Shown here: in pieces, positions 21,246-30,761 of the stretch
Layout: every line of letters begins with the position of its first letter
Numbering within the stretch: position 1 is the stretch's first letter
Assembly (NCBI GenBank): GCA_963555825.3
Contig: CAUVXB020000001.1
Coordinates: 1 to 64,000, forward strand
Length of the DNA: 64,000 bases
Origin: Alphaproteobacteria bacterium
Lineage (GTDB): Bacteria > Pseudomonadota > Alphaproteobacteria > JAAXGF01
Direction: 5' to 3'
Notes under the pieces: generated by a model
Told to the model about the DNA's origin: nothing
Database searches by the model: none
What the model saw: the letters and a program-made list of their open reading frames with translations, nothing else
Program-made: the position numbers and the translations under genes

Positions 21246-22723
21246 GATCCGATGCCGAGCAGCTGGGCCGCGGCGACGCGCGCGACGTCGACGGTAAGCC
21301 CGGTGTCGACGCCGAAGTAGAGACAGGCCGCCGCCAGGGCGATCATCGGCGCGACCATGGCGACCGGCGCCTCGACGACCTCGCTGGCGTCCTCGCGCGG
21401 CGCCTGGAAGTAGGCCGCCTCGACGACCCGCCAGATATAGATCAGCGCGAGCAACGAGGCGCCGACGATGACCACGGCGATCGGCCACAAGCCGCGCTCG
21501 ACAGCCGCGGAAAGCAGGTACCACTTGCTGACGAAGCCGACCGTCATGGGCACGCCGACCAGACTGAAGCCGGCGACGGTGAAGGCGCCGATGGTCCAGG
21601 GCATGCGCCGCCCGAGGCCGCGTATCGTCTCGAGATCGACCGCGCCGGTGCGATAGAAGACGCAGGCGAGCGCCAGGAACAGCGTGCCTTTCATGACCGC
21701 GTGATTGAACAGGTGGACGATGCCGCCGATCATGCCGTCGAGGTTGGCCAGGCCGATGCCGAGCGCCATATAGCCGATCTGCGCGATGCTCGAATAGGCC
21801 AGCATGCGCTTGAGATTGCGCTGGAAGATGGCGACCAGCGAGCCGACGACGATGGCGATCAGGGCGAAGACGATCAAAATCTCGCCGAGCGGCATAAGCG
21901 TGAAGGCGAACTCGGCGCCGAACAGGCCGAACACCAGGCGCAGCAGCATGTAGACGCCGACCTTGGTCGCCGTTGCGGCGAGGAACGCCGAGACGACCGA
22001 CGGCGCGTAGGTATAGGCGTTGGGCAGCCAGGCGTGCAGCGGGAACATGGTGAGCTTCAAGCCGGTGCCGATGACGATGAAGGCGAAGGCCGCGCGCACC
22101 GTGCGGTTGGGGCCGACCTCGGCGATGCGCGCCGCCAGGTCGACCATGTTGAGTGTGCCGGTCATCATGTACAAGAGGCCGACGCCGATCAGGATGAACG
22201 TCGCGCCGATGGTGCCGAGCACGAGATACTGGAAGGCCGCCGCCAGCGCCCGCCGGTCGCGGCCCAGCGCGACCAGCGTGTAGCTGGCGAGCGAGGCGAT
22301 CTCGAGGAAGACGTAAAGATTGAAGGCGTCGCCGGTGATGGTGACGCCCAGATAGCCGGTCAACGCCAGCAGGAAGGCGGTGTAGAACAGCGGCTGGCTT
22401 TCGGGCGCCACCTCGCGCTGGACGCTGTGGTAAAGGCTCGGCGCAACCAGCGCGCCGATGCCCGCGACGATCACCAGCACCAGTGCGTTGAGGCGGTCGA
22501 TGCGGTACTCGATGCCCCACGGCGCCGCCCAGCCGCCCATCTCGTAAGTCAAAACGCCTTCGGCCGTCACTTTGGCAAGCAGCGTGAGCGCGATGGCGAA
22601 GGCGACCCAGGTGATGGCGGTGACGAATAGCCACGCCCAGACGCCACGCCTGAGAAGCGCGCAGAGCGGTGCCGCGACGAGTGGGATGACGACTTGCAGC
22701 GCCGGCAGGTGGAGGGCGATCAT
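21242..22723 (-). CDS. mrpD: Mrp antiporter subunit D (D1)
   Basis: GDAFNLYVFLEI, PLHAWLPNAY, KRMLAYSSIAQ. Confidence 0.9.
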   Translation of the reverse strand: MIALHLPALQVVIPLVAAPLCALLRRGVWAWLFVTAITWVAFAIALTLLAKVTAEGVLTYEMGGWAAPWGIEYRIDRLNALVLVIVAGIGALVAPSLYHSVQREVAPESQPLFYTAFLLALTGYLGVTITGDAFNLYVFLEIASLASYTLVALGRDRRALAAAFQYLVLGTIGATFILIGVGLLYMMTGTLNMVDLAARIAEVGPNRTVRAAFAFIVIGTGLKLTMFPLHAWLPNAYTYAPSVVSAFLAATATKVGVYMLLRLVFGLFGAEFAFTLMPLGEILIVFALIAIVVGSLVAIFQRNLKRMLAYSSIAQIGYMALGIGLANLDGMIGGIVHLFNHAVMKGTLFLALACVFYRTGAVDLETIRGLGRRMPWTIGAFTVAGFSLVGVPMTVGFVSKWYLLSAAVERGLWPIAVVIVGASLLALIYIWRVVEAAYFQAPREDASEVVEAPVAMVAPMIALAAACLYFGVDTGLTVDVARVAAAQLLGIGS

Positions 22724-23070
22724 TCCTCGTTCTGCCGCATAATTTCGTCTTCCTCGACCGTGCCGTAGGCCTCCTTGATGCGCACGATGATCGCCAGCGC
22801 CACCGCCGTCGTCGAAACCGCGACGACGATCGCCGTCAGGATCAGCACCGAGGGCAGGGGGTTCGAGTATTTCGTGAAGCCCTCGGCGACGATCGGCGCG
22901 GTGCCGCCGTCGACCTTGCTCATCGTGATATAGAGCAGGAACACGGCGGTCTGGAAGACGTTGAGGCCGACCAGCTGTTTGATCAGATTGGCGCGCGCGA
23001 TGACCATGTAAAAGCCGGCCATCATCAGGACGATCGATATCCAATAGTTGTAGTGGCCGAGCATGTCCAT
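22720..23070 (-). CDS. mrpC: Mrp antiporter subunit C
   Basis: NPLPSVLILTAIVV. Confidence 0.92.
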   Translation of the reverse strand: MDMLGHYNYWISIVLMMAGFYMVIARANLIKQLVGLNVFQTAVFLLYITMSKVDGGTAPIVAEGFTKYSNPLPSVLILTAIVVAVSTTAVALAIIVRIKEAYGTVEEDEIMRQNEE

Positions 23071-23071
23071 C

Positions 23072-23488
23072 TCAGCGGTCCCGCCCCGTGAAGGTGACGA
23101 AAATAGTCAGCATGACGGCGGAAACCGTGATGCCGACGCCCAGCTCGACGAGCAGGATGCCGAGATGCTGGCCGGACACCGGGTCGGCGGCCAGCGCGCC
23201 GTAGGCAAGGTAGTTGCCGCCCAGGACGAGCGTCGCGACGCCGGTGCCGGCGAACAGCAGAACGCCGAGTGAAATGAAGCCGAGCAGAACGCGCGGCGGC
23301 ACGACGCGGCGAATGCTCGCGGTGCCGAAGATCAGGCCATAGAGGATGAACGCAGAGGCGAAGATGACGCCCGCCTGGAAGCCGCCGCCCGGCCCGAAGT
23401 CGCCGTGCATCTGGACGTAAAGCCCGAAGAGCAGGATAAACGGGATGAGCAGTTTCGAGACGACGCGCAGGACGACGATATCCTTCAT
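23072..23488 (-). CDS. mrpB: Mrp antiporter subunit B
   Basis: HGDFGPGGGFQAG. Confidence 0.9.
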   Translation of the reverse strand: MKDIVVLRVVSKLLIPFILLFGLYVQMHGDFGPGGGFQAGVIFASAFILYGLIFGTASIRRVVPPRVLLGFISLGVLLFAGTGVATLVLGGNYLAYGALAADPVSGQHLGILLVELGVGITVSAVMLTIFVTFTGRDR

Positions 23489-24024
23489 TCGTCGTCCTCC
23501 CGTCGACGCCGGCCGGCGAGCAGCACGAGCACCGCGATGCCGGCGGTGAAGATGACGGTCGTCTCGCCCAAAGTGTCGTAGCCGCGGTAGCTGGCGAGCA
23601 CCGAGGTGACCATGTTCGGGATGCCGATTTCCTCCGGCGACTGCTCGATATAGCGCGGTGCGACGTGGCGATGGATCGGATTGTCGGCCTTGCCGAAAGG
23701 CGGCATGTCGGCCGTCGCGTACAGCAGCGCCGCGCCGGTTACGGTGACGATCAGCAGCGCGCCGATCGGGTTTCGCCGGGTCGGCTTCTCCTCGCGGTCG
23801 GTCAGCGCAACGGCGGCAAGCAGCAGGATCGTCGTGATGCCGGCGCCCACCGCGGCCTCGGTGAACGCGACGTCGACCGCGTCGAGCATGACCCAAACGA
23901 CGGCCATCAACAGGCTGTACAGGCCGAGCAGGATGACCACGGCGACGAGATCGCGCAGGCGGATCAGCGTGATCGTCGTGACCAGAAGCAGGGCGAGCAA
24001 CAAGATGACGTGGATGGAGGGCAT
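23485..24024 (-). CDS. Mrp subunit B-prime (DUF4040, MrpA C-terminal-like)
   Basis: DVAFTEAAVGAG, NMVTSVLASYRGYDTLGE. Confidence 0.88.
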   Translation of the reverse strand: MPSIHVILLLALLLVTTITLIRLRDLVAVVILLGLYSLLMAVVWVMLDAVDVAFTEAAVGAGITTILLLAAVALTDREEKPTRRNPIGALLIVTVTGAALLYATADMPPFGKADNPIHRHVAPRYIEQSPEEIGIPNMVTSVLASYRGYDTLGETTVIFTAGIAVLVLLAGRRRREDDE

Positions 24025-24350
24025 CAGTCGTCCTCCTCTTGCTTCACCGCCTTGGTCCACGGCTTCAGACCGCGGGCGAGCGCGGCGTGAGCGACGGCGT
24101 GGGTCGCGGTTGGGCTGGTAATCAGCAGGAAGACGACGATCAGCCCGAGCTTGATCGAGGTTTGGGTAAGACCCGCCTGCAGCATCAATCCGGCGACGAT
24201 CAGCGCCGCGCCCATGGTGTCGATCAGCCCCGACGGATGAAGCCGGGTGAAGAAGTCCGGCATGCGCACGATGCCGATGCCGCCGACGATCACCATGAAC
24301 GAACCGGCGATCAGCAGCGCCCAGCTGGCGAAGTCGATCACGATGTTCAT
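24024..24350 (-). CDS. mrpG: Mrp antiporter subunit G
   Basis: RMPDFFTRLH, SPTATHA. Confidence 0.92.
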   Translation of the reverse strand: MNIVIDFASWALLIAGSFMVIVGGIGIVRMPDFFTRLHPSGLIDTMGAALIVAGLMLQAGLTQTSIKLGLIVVFLLITSPTATHAVAHAALARGLKPWTKAVKQEEDD

Positions 24351-24613
24351 GCGCCACCGCCTCCGAGGCCGCCGTATTTGAACAGCTTGAGCGCGGCCAG
24401 CGTGCCGATGAAGTTGATCAAGGCGTAGACCAACGACAGGTCGAGAAAGTCGGGCCGGTCGGTCAGGAAGCCGACGACCGCGATCAGCAACACGGTCTGG
24501 GTGCCGTGCACGTTGATCGCCAATATGCGGTCGTAGATCGTCGGGCCTCGCACGGCGCGCACGAGGACGAGCGCCATGCCGATGAGGATCGCGGTGGCGG
24601 CGAAGGCGAACAC
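24347..24613 (-). CDS. mrpF: Mrp antiporter subunit F
   Basis: GPTIYDRILA, YALINFIGT; GTG start. Confidence 0.9.
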   Translation of the reverse strand: MFAFAATAILIGMALVLVRAVRGPTIYDRILAINVHGTQTVLLIAVVGFLTDRPDFLDLSLVYALINFIGTLAALKLFKYGGLGGGGA

Positions 24614-24618
24614 GGCGG

Positions 24619-25089
24619 CTAGCCCTCGACGCCCTGGACGCGGGCGTCCATGTCGCCTTCTTCGAGCGCCGCCATGCCTTCGCGCGACAATGCGTGCACC
24701 TCGATACGACCGTCCTCGACGTTGGTCGAGACGGTGCCGGGCGTCAGCGTGATCGAGTTCGCGTAGATGACCCGGCCGAGGTCCGTCGTTTGGCTGGCCG
24801 GCAGCCATTTGACGACCGGATCGATCGGTAACTCGGGGCTGAGTACGCGGCGCATGACATCGATATTGGCGCGCACGATCTGCCAGGCGAGCCAGGGCAG
24901 ATAGAGAACGAAGCGGCCGGTCAGGTGGACCGGTAGGGCCTCGTGGTCGACGACGTCCATGCGCCGCGCGATCAACACGACAAGCGCGCAGCAGACTGCC
25001 GCGACGATCACGAAAAACGCAGTATAGATGCCGGACAAAAGCAGCCAGACGCCGAACAGCGCAACGAAAAGGCTAATCGCGTGGAACAA
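24619..25089 (-). CDS. mrpE: Mrp antiporter subunit E
   Basis: YANSITLTPGT, VHAL; TTG start behind GGAGG. Confidence 0.92.
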   Translation of the reverse strand: MFHAISLFVALFGVWLLLSGIYTAFFVIVAAVCCALVVLIARRMDVVDHEALPVHLTGRFVLYLPWLAWQIVRANIDVMRRVLSPELPIDPVVKWLPASQTTDLGRVIYANSITLTPGTVSTNVEDGRIEVHALSREGMAALEEGDMDARVQGVEG

Positions 25090-25400
25090 CCCGCCTCCCG
25101 AGTTCCTCGCCCGAATTTCTAGCGGTCGGCGACCGAATGGATCGACGGTGGGGGTCGTTCCCCGAGCGCGGCCCCGTCCGAAAAGCGCGCCGAGTATGCC
25201 CCATGGACCGCGGAGCGCCAAGTCGGAATCGGCCGGCTTTGAAGATTGACCGGCGCTCGTGGCCGCTGCCCCTCGGCATCACGCCAAATAACCGGGTTCA
25301 CGTATCGCTTTAAGCGAAAATATCAGCGTAAGACAATGAATTGTAGGCATGAATTAGATGTGGTAGCATGCGCATGGTAAGTAAATGAACGTCAAGAGGC

Positions 25401-25967
25401 ATGATCGAGGAAACGCAAATCGACGAAGAGTCTCAAGTCGACGAGACTGGCGGGGAGGAGTTACCAGCAGTTCGTGGTACCGTTAAGTGGTTCAATGCGG
25501 AGAAGGGATTTGGTTTTGTCGTGCCCGAAGACGGCGGGGCGGACATCTTTCTCCATCTTTCGGCACTGCGTGACGCAGGCTTAAACAATATCCCGGGCGG
25601 TGCGAGTCTGGTTTGCACCGTCAGCCGCGGCCCCAAGGGGTTGCAGGTCGCTCGAGTAACGGAGGCGGACGAATCGACGGCCACGCCGATCCAACGGCGC
25701 AGGCCTCGCTCGCCACTGGGCTATGACCGGCCTCGACACGAGCCACTCGCCGACGTCGGCGATTTTACGGTCGCCACCGTCAAGTGGTTCAATCCCAACA
25801 AGGGTTACGGTTTCATTACGGTCGACGACGGCTCTCCGGACGTGTTCATTCACATGCAAACCCTGCGCCGATGCGGCATCGCCGTACTCGAACACGGCCA
25901 GGAGGTGCGTGTCAGAATCGGGCATAGCGAGAAGGGGCCGCAGGTCTCCGAAATCGACGCGGAGTGA
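25401..25967 (+). CDS. Tandem cold-shock domain protein
   Basis: Two VKWFN..KG(F/Y)GF...D(I/V)F.H domains. Confidence 0.93.
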   Translation: MIEETQIDEESQVDETGGEELPAVRGTVKWFNAEKGFGFVVPEDGGADIFLHLSALRDAGLNNIPGGASLVCTVSRGPKGLQVARVTEADESTATPIQRRRPRSPLGYDRPRHEPLADVGDFTVATVKWFNPNKGYGFITVDDGSPDVFIHMQTLRRCGIAVLEHGQEVRVRIGHSEKGPQVSEIDAE

Positions 25968-26001
25968 CGCCGCGCCGTATGTCCCTTGTCCGGGTAATGT
26001 C

Positions 26002-26514
26002 GTGTCTTTCGTAGCCGGCGTCCGCCGCGCGCACGCGGCTACGCGCTATCTATTGCTCGCCCTTTTCGTGACGATATTTGCGCTGGCGCCGGTCCTGGTT
26101 CAGCCGGCGGCGGGCCAGACCGTGACGTTCCCGCGCGGCACGCTTTTCATCGATACGGCGCGCGGCGACGCCCGCTTCGAAATCGAGATTGCGCGGACCG
26201 AGGCCGAGCGCTCGCGCGGCCTGATGTACCGCGGCGAACTGGCGCCCGACACCGGCATGCTGTTCCTGTTCGATCCGGTGCGCGAGGCAAACATGTGGAT
26301 GCGCAACACTTTCATTGCGCTCGACATGCTGTTCATCGCGCCCGACGGCCGCATCACCGGCATCGCGGCCAACACGACACCGCTGTCGGACGCGGTCATC
26401 TCGTCGGACGTGCCGGTGCGCGCCGTGCTCGAATTGGCGGCGGGCACCGCGGCGCGGCGCGGCATCAAGCCGGGTGACAGGGTGCGCGCCGAGGCACTCG
26501 CGATCGCCGACTAA
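26002..26514 (+). CDS. DUF192 family exported protein
   Basis: GLMYR, GMLFLF, MWMRNT, VLELAAG; start uncertain. Confidence 0.88.
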   Translation: MSFVAGVRRAHAATRYLLLALFVTIFALAPVLVQPAAGQTVTFPRGTLFIDTARGDARFEIEIARTEAERSRGLMYRGELAPDTGMLFLFDPVREANMWMRNTFIALDMLFIAPDGRITGIAANTTPLSDAVISSDVPVRAVLELAAGTAARRGIKPGDRVRAEALAIAD

Positions 26515-26516
26515 TA

Positions 26517-27687
26517 CCAGTGAGCGCCTGAATTGACTCTCGGGATATTCATTGATGGCGGATGATGGCGGATTGTGATTCTATGGTCTCCCACCAGATG
26601 TGGGGGATGTCATGGGATCAGCACTCAAGATACGGGATGATTTGACGCCTTTGGAGCTTCGGCGCTGGGCTCGCGTGGAATCGTACGGTCGAGCGGCGGC
26701 GCGGGCCTATGGGATCGCGAATGCTTTGGAGGAGATGCCCCGGGCTGATGCCGCGCGGCTTGCGGGGATGGATCGCCAAACGCTTCGCGACGCGGTTGTT
26801 CGTTACAATGCAAAGGGATTGGAGGGGCTTCACGACCGTCCAAAGGGCTACTCGCCGCGGCGGCTGACGGCAGACGAGGAAGCGGCGCTGGCGGCGGTCA
26901 TCATCGCCGGGCCGGAGCCTGAGCGCGACGGGGTTTGCGCCTGGACCCGGGCCGATCTGTGCCGCTGGCTGGAGGAGCGCTTCGCCAAGACCTACCACCC
27001 CTCGAGCATGACCCGGGTTCTACGGCGGATGGGATTTTCCCGCCAGAAGGCGCGCCCGAGCCACCCGCGAAGGGACGCCGAAGCGCAGGAGCGCTTCAAA
27101 AAAGGGGGCTTCGCGACATCCTGAAGGCGACCGCCGCGGCGCATCCCGACAAGCGCCTACAGCTGTGGTTTCAGGATGAAGCGCGCGTCGGCAACAAGGG
27201 CCGGGTGTGTCACCGGTGGTGGCGCAGGGGCGAGCGTGCCCCCGGGACGCGTCAAATCGGCTACCAGTGGGCCTACATCTTCTCCGCCGTGCGCCCGGAC
27301 ACCGGCGACGACGTCACCCTGGTGATGCCGAGCGTCAACGCCAAGGTCATGGACCTGTTTCTCGCACACTTCGCCGATACCCTGGACCAGGATGCGCACG
27401 CCGTCATGATGTGCGACGGCGCCGGTTGGCACGACGAGCGCGCCCTCACCGTCCCCGACAACGTCACCTTGGCGCTGTTGCCGCCTTACAGTCCCGAACT
27501 CAACCCCGTCGAGCGGGTTTGGCTCTACCTACGCGAACGCTTCCTATCGCTCCGCGTCCTCGACGACACCGAGGCCATCATCGACGCCTGTTGCCAAGCA
27601 TGGATCGACCTCATCGCAGAACCGGATCGTATGCGAACCCTCTGCGCCTATCCATGGATCATGAAGGTGATTTCATAGGCTCACTGG
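26517..27687 (+). mobile_element. IS630-family element, two-ORF type, copy 1
   Basis: TA-CCAGTGAGC...GCTCACTGG-TA; orfA ~26612-27124 (HTH); orfB to 27678 (QDE, CDGAGWH, SPELNPVE); AAAAAAG slippery site ~27098. Confidence 0.95.
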
Positions 27688-27694
27688 TATAATA

Positions 27695-27951
27695 CCAAGG
27701 ATCAGTGATAAAGACCCCTAGAGACGGCTTGCCGTGGTTCTCGGCTAGGCGCGCCCGTCGCGGCGATGCGGCGCATCGCGAGACGGGCGGAACGACGCCC
27801 GGGAGCCACGGCAAGCCGCCCTTCGGGTCGCGGCCGCTTATCGCCGGAGGGCGTCAGGCAGCCTAGCCGATGCGCTGCATCGCCTGCGGCTCCCTTCCTA
27901 CCCGGCGAAAAGCGGACGCGATCTCTATCGGTCTCTATCATTGATCCTTGG
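27695..27951. mobile_element. Non-autonomous MITE-like palindromic element A (257 bp)
   Basis: TA-CCAAGGATCAGTGATAAAGACC ... GGTCTCTATCATTGATCCTTGG-TA; two internal long hairpins. Confidence 0.85.
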
Positions 27952-27958
27952 TATAATC

Positions 27959-27993
27959 CCAAGGGTCAATGATAAAGACGATGAGAGATCGCG
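27959..27993. repeat. Terminal fragment of another element-A copy
   Basis: CCAAGGGTCAATGATAAAGACGATGAGAGATCGCG is close to the reverse complement of the right end of element A. Confidence 0.7.
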
Positions 27994-28002
27994 CCCCTTC
28001 GC

Positions 28003-28152
28003 TCAAGGGCGCAGGGCGCCGGTCTGGGCGATCGGGACGGTGAAGAGCGTGGTCGTCGCGGTGATGAACAGGCGGTCGCGCGCAGGCCCGCCGAAAGTCA
28101 GGTTGGCGACCGTCTCGGGCACCGCAATCTTACCCAGCAGAACGCCATCGGG
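28003..28152 (-). pseudogene. 3' fragment of an SMP-30/gluconolactonase paralog
   Basis: Diverged direct repeat of 30762-30913. Confidence 0.85.
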
Positions 28153-28437
28153 CGCGCGCCGTCGTCAGTCGACCGTTAGCGGACGTCTGCGCGGCTGACT
28201 GCTCGACAAAAGCGATGACGTCTGCTTTCCGCTGAAAAGCCGACTCGAACGCCTGTCATGCCTGAGGTCTGCATATGACCTAATTCTGTTGAAAAACTAT
28301 TTTGAGGGGCGAAAATCGTGACTTTGTAGAAGCCAGCAACTATGTGGTTCCAAAGAAATCAATGGCTTAGGAATTCACGAATTTGGCGTTGCTGGCCAAA
28401 TTCGCCTCAAATCCGCCTTTCCTTGAGTTTTACAACA
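28149..28437 (+). repeat. Left arm of ~290-bp inverted repeat; inner part is a small MITE with TGTTGAAAAACT-type ends and an IHF consensus
   Basis: Reverse complement of 30463-30756; AATCAA-TGGC-TTA at 28357-28369. Confidence 0.9.
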
Positions 28438-28585
28438 CGTTCGAGCAGGAAGCGGACATCGTCGCGGTAAACTTCCGGCGTGATCTTCTAGCCAGCAGCG
28501 AACATTGAGGTGTCGCTGTTAGACTCGTTTGGCCGCCTTCCGTACACTGCAACCAACAACTAACGCGAACCCGGGAGGCACAGGG

Positions 28586-30352
28586 GTGGCAAGGCAGGGC
28601 GTTGAACGCAGACTTGCTGCGATCCTGAGCGCTGATGTCGTCGGCTACAGCCGTCTGATGGGCGAGGACGAGGCGGGCACGCTCGCCGCGCTCAAGGCGC
28701 TGCGTAAGGAGTTGTTCGCCCCCACGGTTGCTGAGCACCACGGCCGCATCGTCAAGCTGATGGGGGATGGGGCTCTGGTCGAGTTTCCGAGCGTCGTTGA
28801 CGCGGTGGAATGCGCCGTAGCAGTCCAGCGTGGCATGACCGAGCGCAACGCGGGCGTGCCCAAGGATAAACGCATTGCATTCCGCATCGGCGTCAACCTG
28901 GGCGACATCATCATCGAAGGCAGCGACATCTACGGCCACGGCGTGAACATCGCCGCACGCCTGCAAGAACTCTCCGCACCCGGTGGCATCACCCTGAGCG
29001 CCACCGCCCACGAGCACGCGATTGCAAAGGTCGACATCGGCTTCCGGGATGGTGGAGAGCATGAACTGAAGAACATTGCCAAGCCCGTTCGCATCTATCA
29101 CTGGTCTGACGAAGACGCGGATGGCCAGCCAGGCATAGCAGGCGCGAAGGACACGCCGCCGCTTCCCGACAAGCCCTCCATTGCCGTGCTGCCGTTCGAC
29201 AACATGTCGGGCGACCCAGAGCAGGAATTCTTGGGCGACGGCATCACCGAGGATGTCATCACCACACTCTCGAAAATCCCTGATTTGGTCGTCATCGCTC
29301 GCAACTCGACCTTCGCGTACAAGGGTCAGGCGGTGAAGGTTCAGGACGTTGCGCACGACCTCGGCGTTCGCTACGTGCTCGAAGGTAGTGTTCGGCGCAG
29401 CGGGAATCGCTTGCGCCTGACCGCACAGCTCATAGATGCGGCCGATGGCCATCACATTTGGGCGGAGCGCTACGACCGCGAGGTTGCCGACATTTTCGCG
29501 ATCCAGGACGACATCACGCGCAACATCGCTATCGCGATCCAGGGTCGGCTCATGTGGGGCTACGAGGCCGCACGGTGGCAAGGCGGCACCCAGACGTTTC
29601 AGGCCTGGGAGTGCCAGATGCGCGGCATGCATTTGTTCGGTCGCTTTACGCGGGAGGGGCATGCCGAGGCGCGAATGCTGTTCGAAAAGGCTGTCGAGAT
29701 CGATCCCGATTACTTGATGGCCTGGGTGATGCTTGGCGCCTGCCACAGCGGCGACGTGTTCTATGGTTGGTCGTCTGATACGGCAATGTCGCTTCGAAAG
29801 GCGGAAGAATTCTTGGAACGGGCTTTGTCGGTGGACGCATCCTTGGCACAGGGACATGCCATGTTGGCCGATCTCTTTCTCGTGCGTCGTGATCATGAAA
29901 AAGCTGTAGGCGCCGGCGAGCGCGCCGTCGCTCTCGCACCCAGCGGTTCAGAAGAACACGCGATCCTTGCTATGGTCCTCGTCTATGCTGATCGACCGGC
30001 CGAGGCGCTGATGTACATCAAGAGAGCTACCCGCTTGGACCCGCATTACCCGGCTAATTTTGCCCATGCGCTCATTCACGGCCATCGATTGACCGGAGAT
30101 CTGGAGAAAGCACGTGAGATGGCGCTGGATATCGTGCACCGCTATCCCGACTATTGGTTAGGACGAGCGGGCCTGGCTGCTGTGTGCGCCGATCTTGGGC
30201 TGGATCAGGAGGCTTATGCGGCGGCACAGGAAGTTTTACGCTACGATCCAGAGTTCTCGATCGCGGCGCACTCAGGGCGTGCGCCTTTCAAGGACCCACA
30301 GAAATTGGACGAATACCTCGCCGCGCTACGGAAGGCGGGTCTGCCAGAGTGA
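28586..30352 (+). CDS. Class III adenylate/guanylate cyclase-TolB-like-TPR protein
   Basis: AILSADVVGYSRLM, KLMGDG, GVNIAARL, PSIAVLPF, TPRs, LRKAGLPE; intact frame. Confidence 0.92.
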   Translation: MARQGVERRLAAILSADVVGYSRLMGEDEAGTLAALKALRKELFAPTVAEHHGRIVKLMGDGALVEFPSVVDAVECAVAVQRGMTERNAGVPKDKRIAFRIGVNLGDIIIEGSDIYGHGVNIAARLQELSAPGGITLSATAHEHAIAKVDIGFRDGGEHELKNIAKPVRIYHWSDEDADGQPGIAGAKDTPPLPDKPSIAVLPFDNMSGDPEQEFLGDGITEDVITTLSKIPDLVVIARNSTFAYKGQAVKVQDVAHDLGVRYVLEGSVRRSGNRLRLTAQLIDAADGHHIWAERYDREVADIFAIQDDITRNIAIAIQGRLMWGYEAARWQGGTQTFQAWECQMRGMHLFGRFTREGHAEARMLFEKAVEIDPDYLMAWVMLGACHSGDVFYGWSSDTAMSLRKAEEFLERALSVDASLAQGHAMLADLFLVRRDHEKAVGAGERAVALAPSGSEEHAILAMVLVYADRPAEALMYIKRATRLDPHYPANFAHALIHGHRLTGDLEKAREMALDIVHRYPDYWLGRAGLAAVCADLGLDQEAYAAAQEVLRYDPEFSIAAHSGRAPFKDPQKLDEYLAALRKAGLPE

Positions 30353-30462
30353 TGCTCTTTGCTCTGGGTTGCCAATACCTGAGAATTCCAGCGACGCGCT
30401 AGCGCGCGAGGATGGAAGACTATTCAGGCAAGGGCCAAGCGTCCCCAATGTCTCCTTTGGGT

Positions 30463-30756
30463 CTATTCCGTTGAAAACTCGGGGAAAGGCGGATTTGAGG
30501 CGGAATTGGCCAGGGTTGCCAAATTTGCGCATTCCTAAGCCATTGATTTTATTGAAACTACATAGTTGTTGGCTTCTACAAAGTCACGATTTTCGCCCCT
30601 CAAAATAGTTTTTCAACAGAATTAGGTCATATGCAGACCTCAGGCATGACAGGCGTTCGAGTCGGCTTTTCAGCGGAAAGCAGATGTCATCGCTTTTGTC
30701 GAGCAGTCAGCCGCGCAGACGTCCGCTAACGGTCGACTGACGACGGCGCGCGCCCG
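30463..30756 (-). repeat. Right arm of ~290-bp inverted repeat
   Basis: Matches 28149-28437; IHF consensus at 30536-30548. Confidence 0.9.
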
Positions 30757-30761
30757 TTCGC

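Noticed and set aside
19785-22634. 949-aa apparent fusion in the mrp operon
   Set aside because: The N-terminal half is an off-frame read of mrpD1; the real start is ATG 21245 with an ATGA overlap
27090-27124. IS630 split ORF as a pseudogene or error
   Set aside because: Identical in both copies with an AAAAAAG motif; consistent with known programmed -1 frameshifting
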